In this document: positions 49,507-61,902 of the stretch, one piece after another | How positions within the stretch are numbered: the stretch's first letter is position 1 | Layout: each line of letters opens with the position of its first letter | Origin: Zootoca vivipara | Taxonomy: Eukaryota | Length of the DNA stretch: 64,000 nt | Direction of reading: 5' to 3' | Assembly (NCBI RefSeq): GCF_963506605.1 | Contig: NC_083282.1 | Location: 62,868,001-62,932,000 of the forward strand | Position numbers and translations under genes: made by a program | The notes under the pieces: model-generated | Seen by the model: the letters and a program-made list of their open reading frames with translations, nothing else | Database searches by the model: none | Told to the model about the DNA's origin: nothing

Positions 49507-50559
49507 ATGTTCCATGTTCCATGCAATTCCCAGCATCTCCAGATAGGGCTGGGAAAGAACTCTGCCACAAACCTGATCTAGACAGGCAATCATCTGTCTT
49601 GATATAAGGCAGCTTCCTATCTTCCAAGAATAACCACAGTTTATGGATTGGACAACACAGTAAACTGAGGTTAATTTAAAGCAGAAGCTTCCAGTCTCAT
49701 TGGAGCCATGCTGGGAGTGGGAGAGCAATGGAGAGCACAGAAGTCCAAGGGGAGCTAGGCTCTTTCTTATCATGCTAAACCATGATGACCATGGGCTCAA
49801 GCAGTAAGAAGCCCCATTGAACTTAAGACTCATATGCTCATCCGCCTTCTTCCCAAGCGTGTCTAGGAAAGTGTTTAGTTTCACTTTCCATAAAACCTGG
49901 CTTGTTAGGTGCAAACCAAATATTGTGGTTTAAAAAACCCTCTGGTTAACTAAGCAAGCCAGCTTTGCAATTGATTATTTGAAGTTAAGTTTGTTTAGAA
50001 ACTGACTAAAGTCTGGGAGTCATGGTGACTACTTCCTGCTCACGCACATAGTTTGAAACAATGCTATCTCATCATGTGAGAAGTGGGCCAACTGGAAATT
50101 TTGGCCACAACCCCCTACTAAATTTCAGCTGTCTTAGGAAATACCACTTCCCCATAGAAAACACTTGTTGTTACCTAAGCCACTCAAATGCACAAAGAAA
50201 AACTCCCTTGGGCAATCTTATCTCCCCAGAAGCCCAGCATTCTGCAGTCCCTCTTCCCAGTCCTCAGAACCACAAAATGACAAGACTAACCATCCTTGAT
50301 GTCCTTTTTCCTCGTCAGTGTAGACAGTTTTGGGCAGAGGAAATCAGGTAAATAGCAAATGGGAACAGATTAAACCCTGACTTCTCCCAGCTCTGCAGTC
50401 TCAATCCAATTTGTTCCCTGTTGCTTTTAAGCTTAAACAAAGAGTCAGCAGATCTGAACATGGATCTCCAATATGCATTTTGGTCCTTAGCTTCTTTTGT
50501 GTATTTATCCCCATTCGGATTGCTTGTGAAGCATCCAGTAGCTAAGTAATTTGACTCAC

Positions 50560-50601
50560 CTGTTGTAAAAATGTATCTGCGCACAGATCAACAATCAGTA
50601 C
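50560..50601 (-). CDS. DENND2C: DENND2C exon (VLIVDLCADTFLQQ)
   Basis: TAG/GTGAGT; 42 nt, phase 0/0. Confidence 0.93.
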
Positions 50602-51081
50602 CTAAGGAAAGAGATAGACGGTTACTCCATATAATCCACAAACCCCTTGTGCAACCCACAGTCCTCCTATGCTGATTCATATGACACTGACAACAAGCTA
50701 TTGTCTGGCTGCACAGAACAGATAACACAGATCAGATAACATAAGCACAACCCTTCTTATCAAGTGACCGCGGTGTCCATCAATCATTGGCAATCCAGGA
50801 TAGGACAAAGTTATCACTTCATAGCTCTGACTTCAATTCAAGCACTTTGGTGGAAGCTATTGCGCATGAAGGGGGCCACATCTACAATGGCAGCACATTC
50901 CAACTGAGAAGAGAAGGAAGGGGGAGCGGTGTCTACAAATGAAAATTCAGATCCCCGGCTCCATCTTTAAAAAAGTTCTTCTGTGAAATGGGCCATTGAG
51001 CAAACAGTTGTGTTGGTACCAATGGAGAGCATTCAACTAACATGTCCCGTCAGGACAAGAATTGCTCTGGAGGGGTTGGGG

Positions 51082-51083
<2 letters not shown>

Positions 51084-51164
<81 letters not shown>

Positions 51165-51776
51165 ATTATTTATACCCCGCCCATCTGGCTGGGTTTCCCC
51201 AGCCACTCTGGGCGGCTTCCAACAGAAACATTAAAATATACTAATTTCTTAAACATTAAAAGCCTCCCTAAACAGGGCTGCCTTCAGATGTCTTCTAAAA
51301 ATCTGGTAGCTGTTTTCCTTTTTGACATCTGATGGGAGGGCGTTCCACAGGGCAGGCGCCACGACCGAGAAGGCCCTCTGCCTGGTTCCCTGCAACTTGG
51401 CTTCTTGCAATGAGGGAACCGCCAGAAGGCCCTCAGAGCTGGACCTCAGTGTCCGGGCAGAACGATGGGGGTGGAGACGCTCCTTTAGGTATACTGGACC
51501 GAGGCCGTTTAGGGCTTTAAAGGTCAGCACCAACACTTTGAATTGTGCTCGGAAACGTACTGGGAGCCAATGTAGATCTTTCAAGACCGGTGTTATGTGG
51601 TCTCGGCGGCCGCTCCCAGTCACCACTCTAGCTGCCGCATTCTGGATTAGTTGTAGTTTCCGGGTCACCTTCAAAGGTAGCCCCACATAGAGCGCATTGC
51701 AGTAGTCCAAGCGGGAGATAACCAGAGCATGCACCACTCTGGCGAGACAGTCTGCAGGCAGGTAGGGTCTCAGCCT
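51084..51776 (-). mobile_element. Young 5'-truncated L2 LINE with intact 162-aa ORF end and (TATT)n(ATT)n tail
   Basis: ORF 51249-51737: SRLDYCNALY...QNAAAR...HITPVLKDLHWLPV...RAFSVVAPALWNALP. Confidence 0.93.
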
Positions 51777-52050
51777 AGATCAGATTTAGGGGTGGGTGGG
51801 AGGAGGGGGACAGAACATTCTACTGCACAAGCAGAAATCCTTGGGCTGATGAACATTCATGTAGCACCACACTGGATACACTGATGGACTCAAGGTTTGT
51901 GCAAGTGTAAGAATTAAGCATATTGTCTTAAATGAATAGGTCATCCCAGAACACACGACTAAAGCTTTCACCGCTTCCTCACTAATATGGTGTAATAACT
52001 GGGGCACCACCATCCCTTACATTTCCTCCTGAGGTTTTCTCAGATCTCAC

Positions 52051-52228
52051 CTCTTCAATGGGCAGGTCCTGGAGCTGAGTTAAGGAGCAGGAGAGGATGC
52101 CAATAAGGAAAGGGGTAGGTGAGCAGACAATGTCTATCATAGAATCTGGCAGGACAGGGATATAAGTGTGTTGCCAGGTGAACGGGTAGAGTGCTGCAAC
52201 CACAGCATGACCACATTTGGACAAGGTG
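52051..52228 (-). CDS. DENND2C: DENND2C exon (TLSKCGHAVVAALYPFTWQHTYIPVLP...DLPIEE)
   Basis: LYPF.WQH.YIPVLP and SPTPFLIG DENN motifs; TAG/GTGAG; 178 nt. Confidence 0.97.
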
Positions 52229-52259
52229 CTAAGTGAGGAAAATAAAACACAAAAGCATT

Positions 52260-52636
52260 AGAATCATAGAGTTGGAAGAGACCACAAGGGCCATCCAGTC
52301 CAACCCCCTGCCAAGCAGGAAACACCATCAAAGCATTCTTGACATATGCCTGTCAAGCCTCCGCTTAAAGACCTCCAAAGAAGGAGACTCCACCACACTT
52401 CTTGGCAGCAAATTCCACTGTTGCAGCTTTTACTGTCAGGAAGTTCTTCCTAATGTTTAGGTGGAAGCTTCTTTCCTCTAGTTTGAATCCATTGCTCCGT
52501 GTCCGCTTCTCTGGAGCAGCAGAAAAAAACCTTTCACCCTCCTCTATATGACATCCTTTTATATATTTGAACATGCCTATCATATCACCCCTTAACCTTC
52601 TCTTCTCCAGGCTAAACATACCCAGCTCCCTAAGCC
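52260..52636 (-). mobile_element. CR1 LINE 3' end
   Basis: MFSLEKRRLRGDMI..FKY...RTRSNGFKL...RKNFLT; CTATGATTCTA terminus. Confidence 0.9.
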
Positions 52637-53455
52637 AGTATAGTCAGTATATAAAGTCCCTGGCTGACGAAAAGCACCCCTAATTTAGAGAAATTAATTT
52701 AGATCAGGTAAAGGCTAAAATGTGATGTATGCCATGGTCCCATGCAAGAGGAAATATGTACTACTTTTGGAATGGCACCACTGCAAAATAGAGGTAGTTA
52801 ACGGAAAGAATGAATGCCGTCCCATAATAAATACTCCCTGGTTCTGGAAAGCCAGAAAATTAGCAGGAAAGAATACAGGCTTTTCCATGGCATGAAAGTC
52901 TTCTAAGTGCAATTTGTGTTTTTTATGGAGGAAAATTCACACATGCTATCTCCCACCACAATTATGAAGTTGTACAGTTCCAAGATGACTGTGTAATGCA
53001 CTTTTCCCGAATACGAAGGGCATAGGAATATAGGAAGCTGCCTTATACCAAGGCAGACAATTGGTCCATCTAGCTAAGCATTGCCTGCACTGACTGGCAG
53101 TGGCTTTTCAGCATTTCAGACAAGCATTTCAGACAAGATTTGAGATGCCAGGGATTGAACCTGGGACCTTCTGCATGCAAAGCAATGCTCTACCGCTGAT
53201 CTACAGCCCTTCCCCAGCTAGCCCTGCCATTCCAGATTTTGGTGTCAGGTTCCATGCAAGCTACACCATATGTGCAAACTTATGTAGACCAATAGTATTT
53301 TTTCCAGTAATTCATGAATATCTGTTTCATGTTTCCAGAGTTTGCATTTTATGGTGGCTGAATTTCAATGATGATGATGATGATAGTCTATATATGCATT
53401 AACAAGAAAAGTTGCAATTATTTTGTGGCATGAAAGGTTCCAAAAGGGCGGTGGG

Positions 53456-53490
<35 letters not shown>

Positions 53491-53533
53491 GATCTTGCCA
53501 AGCCAGGCAGGGGACTTGTCGTTTCAGTCTCAC

Positions 53534-53682
53534 CTCAAATTGTCAGCAACGAAGATCACCCTCCTTTCCAGCAGGAGAGAAGCGCAGACTTGGATCAAGT
53601 GAGAGATGCTGAGGCACTTAAACAGGCATTCAAAGTCAACATGTTCCAGACGCGAATCCAGGGGACGGCAAAGCTCAATTAC
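53534..53682 (-). CDS. DENND2C: DENND2C exon (VIELCRPLDSRLEHVDFECLF...SLLLERRVIFVADNL)
   Basis: cDENN LLERRVIF motif; CAG/GTGAG; 149 nt. Confidence 0.96.
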
Positions 53683-53768
53683 CTGAGAGCAGACAATTGT
53701 AAATGAGTTATGGACAAGAACTGAGCCATTTTGTTGTTGTGTTCTCTCCTGAAACCCAAAATGTTGAG

Positions 53769-54017
53769 GTGGTACCTTGGTTGTCGAACTTAACCCGTTC
53801 CAGGAGTCCGTTCAACTCCCGGAACCGTTCGAAAACCAAGGCATGGCTTCCGATTGGCTGCAGGAGGTTCCTGCACTCAATCGGAAGCCTCGGAAGCCGC
53901 GTCAGACGTTCAGCTTCCCAAAGACGTACACAAACCGGAACACTCACTTCCCGGTTTGCGGCGTTTGGGAGCCAAAACATCCGAGTACCAAGGCGTTTGA
54001 CAACCAAGGTATGACTG
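53769..54017. mobile_element. Tigger-like MITE
   Basis: GTGGTACCTTGGTTGTC / GACAACCAAGGTATGACTG-TA. Confidence 0.8.
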
Positions 54018-54495
54018 TATTCACTTAAATAATTATAGGAGCAGAATGGCTTCCTCTCCCCCCTCCACACATGCACTATGCCATCCCCAAATCTGCTACA
54101 AGGGTTGGGGGAAAACCCAGAACAGAACAGAAGGGGTGCAGATAGGGGAAGGGAAGTCCCACTGTGCAAATGGAAGTCGTTCCACTCATACATTTATTTA
54201 GGTGTGTGCTCAAAGACTTGGCAAGCTCTGAATTGTGTCCCAAAAGGACCATAGCTGCCAAGTTTTCCCTTTTCTCGCGAGGAAGCCTATTCAGCATAAG
54301 GGAAAATCCCTTTAAAAAAGGGATAACTTGGCAGCTATGAAAAGGACAGATAAAGGATGCCAGCAACCCAGCAACCCTCTGGAAATTGCTTTATGGCTTG
54401 CACATTCTGGGCAGTGAAGCAAGCATTCCCCCAGTTTCCTACTGCAATCATGGTGATCATTCCTCACGCTAGGCAACAATGCCTTTTGCCGTTAC

Positions 54496-54636
54496 CTCAT
54501 TTCCTGCTCCCGGCAGGAAACTCTTCACAGTGATGGTGCGCCCAGGAGCAGGGAATGGTGCCTCCATGACGCTGCGCATGAATGGGTGCACCAGGGCTGG
54601 GGACATCTCACGCCTCTTCTCCACTTCATCCAATAT
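54496..54636 (-). CDS. DENND2C: DENND2C exon (ILDEVEKRREMSPALVHPFMRSVMEAPFPAPGRTITVKSFLPGAGNE)
   Basis: CAG/GTAAC; 141 nt. Confidence 0.96.
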
Positions 54637-54699
54637 CTGCATGTGAAGAATTTACTGTTACAAGACTGGTTCTTCCTGGCCACAACACAAGTGAGAAAC

Positions 54700-54847
54700 A
54701 GCTGGATAGCTCTGCTGGTTATAGCGTAGTGCTTATAGCACCAAGATTGCAGGTTTTATCCCCGCAAGGGACAGTTGAATATTCCTGCATTGCAGGGGGT
54801 TGGACTAGATTATTCTCAGAATCCCTTCCAACTCTATGATTCTATGA
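54700..54847 (+). mobile_element. tRNA-head/CR1-tail SINE
   Basis: tRNA-like head; ends CCTTCCAACTCTATGATTCTATGA. Confidence 0.7.
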
Positions 54848-55994
54848 AAGCAGAGAGGATTGACACTTCAGCACTTCAGCTGATGTCCTCTCACTTTCAA
54901 TGTGTAAGATGTGCTGTGTTATTGGCACATGATATGAAGGCATGTTCATTTCCCTCCCCCAGCACAGATGTGCCCTTCATTGTAATGGCACAACCATCCA
55001 GAGAAACCAGTTTTCCAAGTTAATTCACCAGAAAAGTAAGTAAGTGAGTAAGTCACCGTGTCACCAAGTGTGGGCATTCCCCACCCACCCAGGACACACC
55101 CCTAAGTGCATCCCCCCCCCAATTCTACCTTCCTCACATTCAATTCATCATTCCTTCACCTCCTCTAGCTCAGTGTGAGCCACTTTCAAAGTTTGTCAGC
55201 ATTCTTCCAGACTCCAGAGCCGCCTACGCTTCCTTCACAATACTTTATTAAGTCGCGTAATTGCGTATTTAAATGCACACACATCCCATTTGTTTTCCAT
55301 TGCTGTCTCTTTCACTTTTCTAAGTGGCCGCTAGTGTGCTTGGAGTAATACTGATCGTGTAATGAGATCTGAGATCTTACTGTATGTTACACTGTGCATC
55401 TCAAGACAAATGAGGAGGCGGCAGTTTTACCCTGGGGCCAAAGCAGAAGGCAATTCAGTTCAACCCCCTAATCCTACGAAAAGCAATGAGTGCGCATTTC
55501 CTCATTGTTCATGAATTCATGCCTAAAATCCATCAATATGGCACATGGAGGTTGTAAATGGTTCAAAGAGAAGGCCAAAATATGCTTAAAATTGAAATGC
55601 TAATGTTCTATTATAGATTTCCTTTATATGACTGGTAATATTGCAGAGAGCAGTTAACAGCACTTCACAGGTAACAGTTTTTCAAAGCGAACATAAGAAC
55701 TGCCCTGCTGGATGAGACCAATGGCCCATCTTTCTCTCACGGGGGTCAACCAGATGCCTTGAGAAGCCCACAAACAAAACATGAGCACAACAGCACTTTC
55801 CCCACCTTTGATTCCCAGGAACTGGCATTCAGAGATATACTGCCTCTGACACTGGAGGCAAAACATAGCCATCATGGTTAGTTGCAAGCCAGTTGCCTAT
55901 GGGATGTCCAAAACATTGCAGGCAAACAATCAGGATGCTTTGTGCAAATCTCAGATAAGTTTGGCAATGCCACAACGACTATGTATAATGAAGG

Positions 55995-56420
55995 ATGTGA
56001 ATCCGAGTTCTGGTTTTGACCTATAAAGTCTTAAACGGCTCAGGGCTGCAGTGCCTTGAGGACCGTCTGTCCCCATATGAACTGACCCAGACCCTGAGAT
56101 CACCATCTGAGAGCCTTCTTTGTGCACTTTCTCCACAAGAGGTCCAGAGGGTGGCAGCACAAGAACAGTACTTTTTTGCAGTGGCTCCCCATATGGAATG
56201 CTCTTTCCGGGGGGGGGGGGGTGTTAACTGGAGCCTTCATTATGTATATTTAGGCACCAGGCACAAACGTTTCTCTATAACCAGGCCCATAACATTCTAT
56301 GTCCTTTAAAACGTGTCATTTAAAATTTGTTGTGTTTTGTTTTATTATGTATTTTGTCTTCTCATGTTGTACTTTTATGTTGCAATCTTCAGATGAAGGG
56401 CAGTATACAAATTTAATAAC
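55995..56420 (+). mobile_element. Degenerate L2 3' fragment
   Basis: TYKVLNG.G...L..RL.PY...R.LRS remnant. Confidence 0.6.
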
Positions 56421-57034
56421 TGACAATGAAATGAATGGCAAGCAACAAGCATTCTAGGGAGTGGACAGCTGTTATGTGATGAAGTCTCTTCAGAATACGT
56501 TACAAACCACATTGAACAAATTATTGTCATTTTGCCAGTCTACAGCCAGCAAGGCAGTTTTCTCTGCAGTCTTCCTCAAAGCATTGCCCTTCTCTTCCAG
56601 TAAGAAGGGAACTGAAAGCTTGTTTCTTAAGAGCTTCTTTAAATCAGGAGACCACATCCTTTCCAGCCATAACTCTGGGGGCTGGGGAAAGGGGTTGGCT
56701 TTGGATTAACCTTTACTGGTGCTGATTTTGCTTCCACCTCACTAAAGGTGCATTTAAGGTACAACCCTTCCCCTCATTTCCTTTACTACAGGGCTGGGGA
56801 GCCTGTAGCCCTGCAGATGCTGCTGGACTACAACTCCCATCATCCCTGGCCTGGCCCTGCTGGCTGGAGCAGATGGGAGTGCAACTAACTGCTGTAGACC
56901 CACAGGCTCCCCACCTTGGTTCCTCTAATGTTTGGCAGGTGCTGTGAAAAGATGTGTGCCATCCCAACAACCAACAGCAACCCTAGAAAGGCATTTTACC
57001 ACTTTCTCTATGAGGTTCAGGGCAACCCACTCAC

Positions 57035-57112
57035 CTTAGAGAAAAGGTTGAAGCAGCCGAGGCGACTCACCATGCAATATACCTCAGGTAGTCGTTTGCC
57101 TTTCCCTTCTGG
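57035..57112 (-). CDS. DENND2C: DENND2C exon (PEGKGKRLPEVYCMVSRLGCFNLFSK)
   Basis: TAG/GTGAGT; 78 nt. Confidence 0.96.
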
Positions 57113-57408
57113 CTAAAAAGGAGACAAGAGCAGACCTTTAGGTGCAAAGCAGTGGAACGTGCAAGAAGGCCAGACTGCTAAGGATCTCTCACCCTACCGT
57201 CACCTGAGCACCCCTGGTTTCAGCTTCTAATAGTGCGTCTTCCCTCCACCCTCTTTTTCCTTCAATATGCCAGCCTTAAGAATTATTTGAAGCTGCTCAG
57301 GCATCTAGGCTGCTAGCCAATCCATCCACAGGACTGTGGACATGCACTCATCCTTAACCTGCAGCTGCAGAGCTTTCATGCTAGCATCCAAGACAGGGAG
57401 CTACTTAC

Positions 57409-57478
57409 CAGGAGCTTCTTGCAATATCCGAACCAGCGGCTGCCATCCTCACCAGTCAGCACAAAGGAAAACGTTTCG
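57409..57478 (-). CDS. DENND2C: DENND2C exon (ETFSFVLTGEDGSRWFGYCKKLL)
   Basis: DENN FSFVLT..DG.R.FGYC motif; CAG/GTAAGT; 70 nt. Confidence 0.96.
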
Positions 57479-58692
57479 CTGGGAAAGAGAGAAAAAAAGT
57501 GCCATGCTGACTGAGCGAGCACAGCAGGAGTTAGCCTACCCTGCAGAGGGCCCCATCTTCACAATGTGAATTTCACTGCTGGGCACAAATGACACAGAGC
57601 TTGTCCAGTTCCTAAATCTGTTTACAGCAGATATTTCATCAGTGTGCTGCCTTCCAAGATCTCCACCCACCCAGAAATGACTAGAACTGGCCGCCAAGAG
57701 ATTACCTCCTTACCCCACCCTTGTTTGCAAGGGTCCCACTGGGGTAGGTAAGCAGTTCATGGTCAGCAATATCTAGGTCACTGTGACACTGCAGTGAATT
57801 GGGGGAAGGGTGGGCAGAAAGTAACAAGCAGATAAAAAGATTGCTACAGGGTTGTAGTTTTATTTGTGCTTTTAAACACTCATTTCAAGGAAGGGTATTT
57901 TTAAAAAATAATCAAATCAATTTCTTCAACTAGCCAAAAGGACACGCTTCCTAATGCATCTCAGTCTGAGAGCAGCAAAACCACATGAAAGGGGAGACAT
58001 GTTGCCCTTACCAAGGGCAACCAACCCTACCCCTCGGTGCTCAACAAGAGATACTCCAAGAGATGGAAAACCAGCAGCAAGGGACCTCGGGCATGCAAGA
58101 CCATTTCCCATAAGTCAGGCCCAACACCTGTTGTCATCATTTGTTTATGTATTTGAACAATTTGTATACCACTTAATCAGTCATCTCCAAGACCCAATGC
58201 AACAAGACTAAAAATGTGTTAAATTTGTAATATCAGAATTCAGTTTAGAAGCCTGCTGGAAATGAAAGAAAAAAGGCTTCATTGAGCACTGGAAGTTCAA
58301 GAGGAAGTGACATCGGGTGTGGGGTGGTATCCTGGATTGTAAGGTGCCACTGACCTACTGATCATAGGTGCCTCTAAACCCCTGTGCCTTTGCAAACTGA
58401 TTTCAAACCGCCTGGGCAAAGGAAGTGGGGTGTGAAGACACCAACAAACAGCCTGTTTACCCCTGAGCTTTGGCCACGCTGGCAATGAAAATGTTATGCC
58501 TGATGTCATGGTGACATTGGGTAATTGACAGGTTGGTAGCCATACCGATCTATCAAAATGCCACACAGGGGTTGGAGGAGGTCTGACCCAGGCCCATTGG
58601 CTAGGTCCAGTTCCCCACTGCTGCTCCCAAGTAATCCAATTCTTAGCCTAGATCCTCACTAAATAAAAATAATCCATTTTACAGTCTCTCAC

Positions 58693-58802
58693 CTCTTTGA
58701 CTCTGATGTTGGGCACCAGTCTTTGGGGTCAGGAAAACAGAATTTGGGGATGACCTTTAGCCTCTCTTCCGTGTCCTTAGATTGCCGAAAGGGGTGGTCA
58801 GG
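58693..58802 (-). CDS. DENND2C: DENND2C exon (PDHPFRQSKDTEERLKVIPKFCFPDPKDWCPTSESK)
   Basis: uDENN IPKFCFPD motif; CAG/GTGAG; 110 nt. Confidence 0.95.
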
Positions 58803-60308
58803 CTGCAGAGGGAACACACACCACATCACTGAACACAGCCAGGCAAGCAAAGAGTTTCCTCTCTGGGTGCAGACATGGGAGACTATCCTCCAAGTATACC
58901 AAACACCAGCCCCCCCCCCCATCAATTTTCATCCTCTCCCTCCAAGAGCTGCTTTTGACATGAATACCTTGAAAAAGGTACCCCACTCCCCCCAAATAAA
59001 AATAAGTTACAATTTTTCAAAGGCAGAGGAACAGTTTCCAGGTATGATCAGATCAATTCTGCAGTAAGAGTATGCAGGTTATTGATTTCCTTAAGAATTC
59101 ATTAACCAATTTCCAACAAATGTTTCCAAAGCAGTGCTCAATAAAAATATCAGAAAACAGAGTATATAATAAGAAAAAATAGGCATACAGTATGAATAAA
59201 GTATATACATGCCTTGCTATTTCCTGATTAATTTACAGCATGGCCTTCGTTGTAAAAAAAAACACCCCTGCCCACTCCAGTCTAGCTTGCTTTACTGTTG
59301 AGACTAGTAAAGGCTTTCCAGGAGCTTTGCTTCACTGCAGACTCCCATGCAAGGGAGTGACTGGCACATTGTTTGGAAACAGCACTATTTTCGGAGCTGG
59401 TGATAGCCTGTAATCACTGTGCTCATGTTATAATCATTGCCTTGTAATTACTAGGGCAATGTTTCCTGCTGGATCCCAGCCTCAAAGACCCTCCCGTGCA
59501 AATCTTGTTAACATCCTACCAAATATCTCCCAGGCAGAGGGAAGGCTAGCAGACTGGCAGGGCGCCACCCACTTTGTCAGCAGTGGTACAAAGAGAGGCG
59601 GTGGGATGTTGCTCACTGTGCCTCCTGAGCAATGTAGGCCAACACATTCCCCCTCCCTGTTTTTGTTATCAACAAAAACCAGGATGAAGTCAGCGCTGTT
59701 CTGGGATTACCATTAAAACTCTGCTGCACTTCCTCTCTCTGTCTGTGAGCCGACGCCAGCAGCGCAGCACTAGAAACTGGTGCATGTTTTGCCAAAACAA
59801 AGCTGAGCTTCTTTTCTGGCTCTCTGGCAAAGAGCTGAGCAATCGTTCAAGCCCAGATTTTGCACAGGGGCTTGGGCACAGCCAGCTAGGTCAGCACTTG
59901 GGCATTTCCACTTGACCACAGTCCAGCAGGCAATGTTTCAGCCTGAGGACGGAAATACATGTTGCTCCCTAATGCATGTAACATGTAAAGCCCAATGGTT
60001 GCTTTTCTTAGGAGGGAGTTTTGGACTGGGGGGGTGGAACTGGAGAGGGAGCATTTAACCCTTTCTCTGCCCCCAAATCAATTCTCCATCCAAGCCACTT
60101 GCATCACAACACCTCCGTCAGATTCCAGATATACTTTTGAGGAAGCAAGCATGCATTTTAAACCCCACAGGATATGTATTTTGGAGGTGCAATTTATTTC
60201 AGGTGACGTAGGCCATCTTTGAGTGTTTTAGAAATAAAACAGAAAGGTGGGGTTAAAACATCACTTACAGACAGATAGACTAGAGATTTATAGAGGTTTA
60301 TAGGGAAA

Positions 60309-61159
60309 CTAGTGCCATTCAGCCCGTTTAATAAACGGGCGCTAGAACATTCGGCCTTTTTCAGTGGCAGCGGCGCGTGGGGGGCTTTTATTCCTTGTCT
60401 AATTTATTGTTCCTCCCCCCTCCCTTTGATCCTTAATTTATCCCTAATTCCCCCCCCCCCGTTCCCAAACCCCAAGCCAAAGTCCCCCCCTTAACCTTTA
60501 CAGCCCGGGCTCGGCTGGGGGGTGCGGGGGATATTTCTTCCTTTACCCCCTCCGAAGCTTGTGTTTGGAGTGCGGATCCCTCCCCACCCTGTTTTCGTGC
60601 GTTTTTTGCGCCTGCCGTTTGGTTCCTAATTTTTCCCCCTCAATAGTGCTGCTGCTGCCAGGGCCCAGTGGCCGAATTCTGGCTCCTGGACGGCCCGGGC
60701 GGCTGCTCCGGGGTGTACGCCCAGGTTTTCGGGGGTGGGGTGGGGGTGGCTCCCGCTACTTTTGTTGGCCTCCGCGGCTGTTTTTCAGTCGCCTGCTGCG
60801 TCCAGGAGGGAGCTTTGCCGTCGGGGGGCTTGCGCCCACCCCGGCGCTTTCTGAGGGTCCCGCGGTTGGCGCTGAGCATTCGGTGGCCTCCCCGCGCCTT
60901 TCCTGGCCGTTCCGGCCCAGCGGGGGTCTCCCGGTTGCTTGCGCTGTTTGGGCCTCAATTTCGGGCCTGTTACTGAGGAGAAGCCGGGGCCTCGATTTTT
61001 TGGTCGTCCCAGCTTCCTCCTCAGGCCCTTGGGCACGTTGAGAGAGGGCCTGCCCTGCTTAGGGGCCTTGCTGCCTGCTCCTGCCTTCCACCTGGTGGCC
61101 TCTGTTTTAACTGCTTATTGAGCCAGTGCAGGGCAGAGGGGTGGGGGGGTGGGGAGAGC

Positions 61160-61190
<31 letters not shown>

Positions 61191-61297
61191 CAGTCTCTGC
61201 GTCCAATCCCTGTGTCCCTGGGGCACATGCTCAGTAGCACGGAAAACGGGACACAGGGAATCTGGACGCAGAGACACTTGCACTTTATTATATAGGA
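60309..61297 (-). mobile_element. Non-autonomous Helitron (989 bp) with CpG-rich cargo and (CA)n
   Basis: Minus strand A|TCCTATATAATAAAG...hairpin GCCCGTTT-ATT-AAACGGGC (60322-60340)...CTAG|T; AT target, no TSD. Confidence 0.9.
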
Positions 61298-61714
61298 TGG
61301 TGTAGTTTGCATCTCCCTCCTGAAGCTGCATTTTTTAAGGGAAACAGCTGTCGGACTCTTTTGGCACATATTTTGCATATAGCATGCAATTAGGCTCCAA
61401 GGATGCTCCAGTTCCTGAGGGGCCTAGGACGAATCCCGATGACTGCCACAAAATCAATCTCAGTCACCCACTGTGATGGGCCTTTGATAAGTCTCATTCC
61501 CTTACAAGTCACTGAAACGGCACAGTGGAATTATTTTAAGAGATACAAAAACGTCAACCAAGGACTCACAGACCAGATAGTATACTTGTGCTTCTATTCA
61601 TCTCAATGTGTATTATACTGCTATGACAAGAGCAACGGGACTCACAATGCATATTCACAATAACATTAAGCTCTGGACAATGGAGACAGACGTCTGCATT
61701 GCTATGCCACTCAC

Positions 61715-61902
61715 CTTGCTAGGAAATTGCTGTATAATCTGTGGGGTGTATGTTGCATCTGATGGCTTCTTCTGTAGTGACACCACCACAAAGAGCTCAA
61801 AGAGCTGCTGCTCCTGGAACTCAATGAGGTCCCGCTCCAGAGTCTGGTAGTGTGGATTTCTCTTGGACTGAGCCTGTACCTGCAGCAGGCGCTTATGGCG
61901 AC
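61715..61902 (-). CDS. DENND2C: DENND2C exon (RHKRLL...YQTLERDLIEFQEQQLFELFVVVSLQKKP...QQFPSK), start of uDENN
   Basis: ORF 61655-61915; TAG/GTGAGT; 188 nt. Confidence 0.95.

Noticed and set aside
60559-61041. 160-aa ORF inside the Helitron as a captured coding gene
   Set aside because: Non-ATG start, Arg/Pro/Gly-biased, no recognisable homology; only the cargo DNA is retained as a finding.
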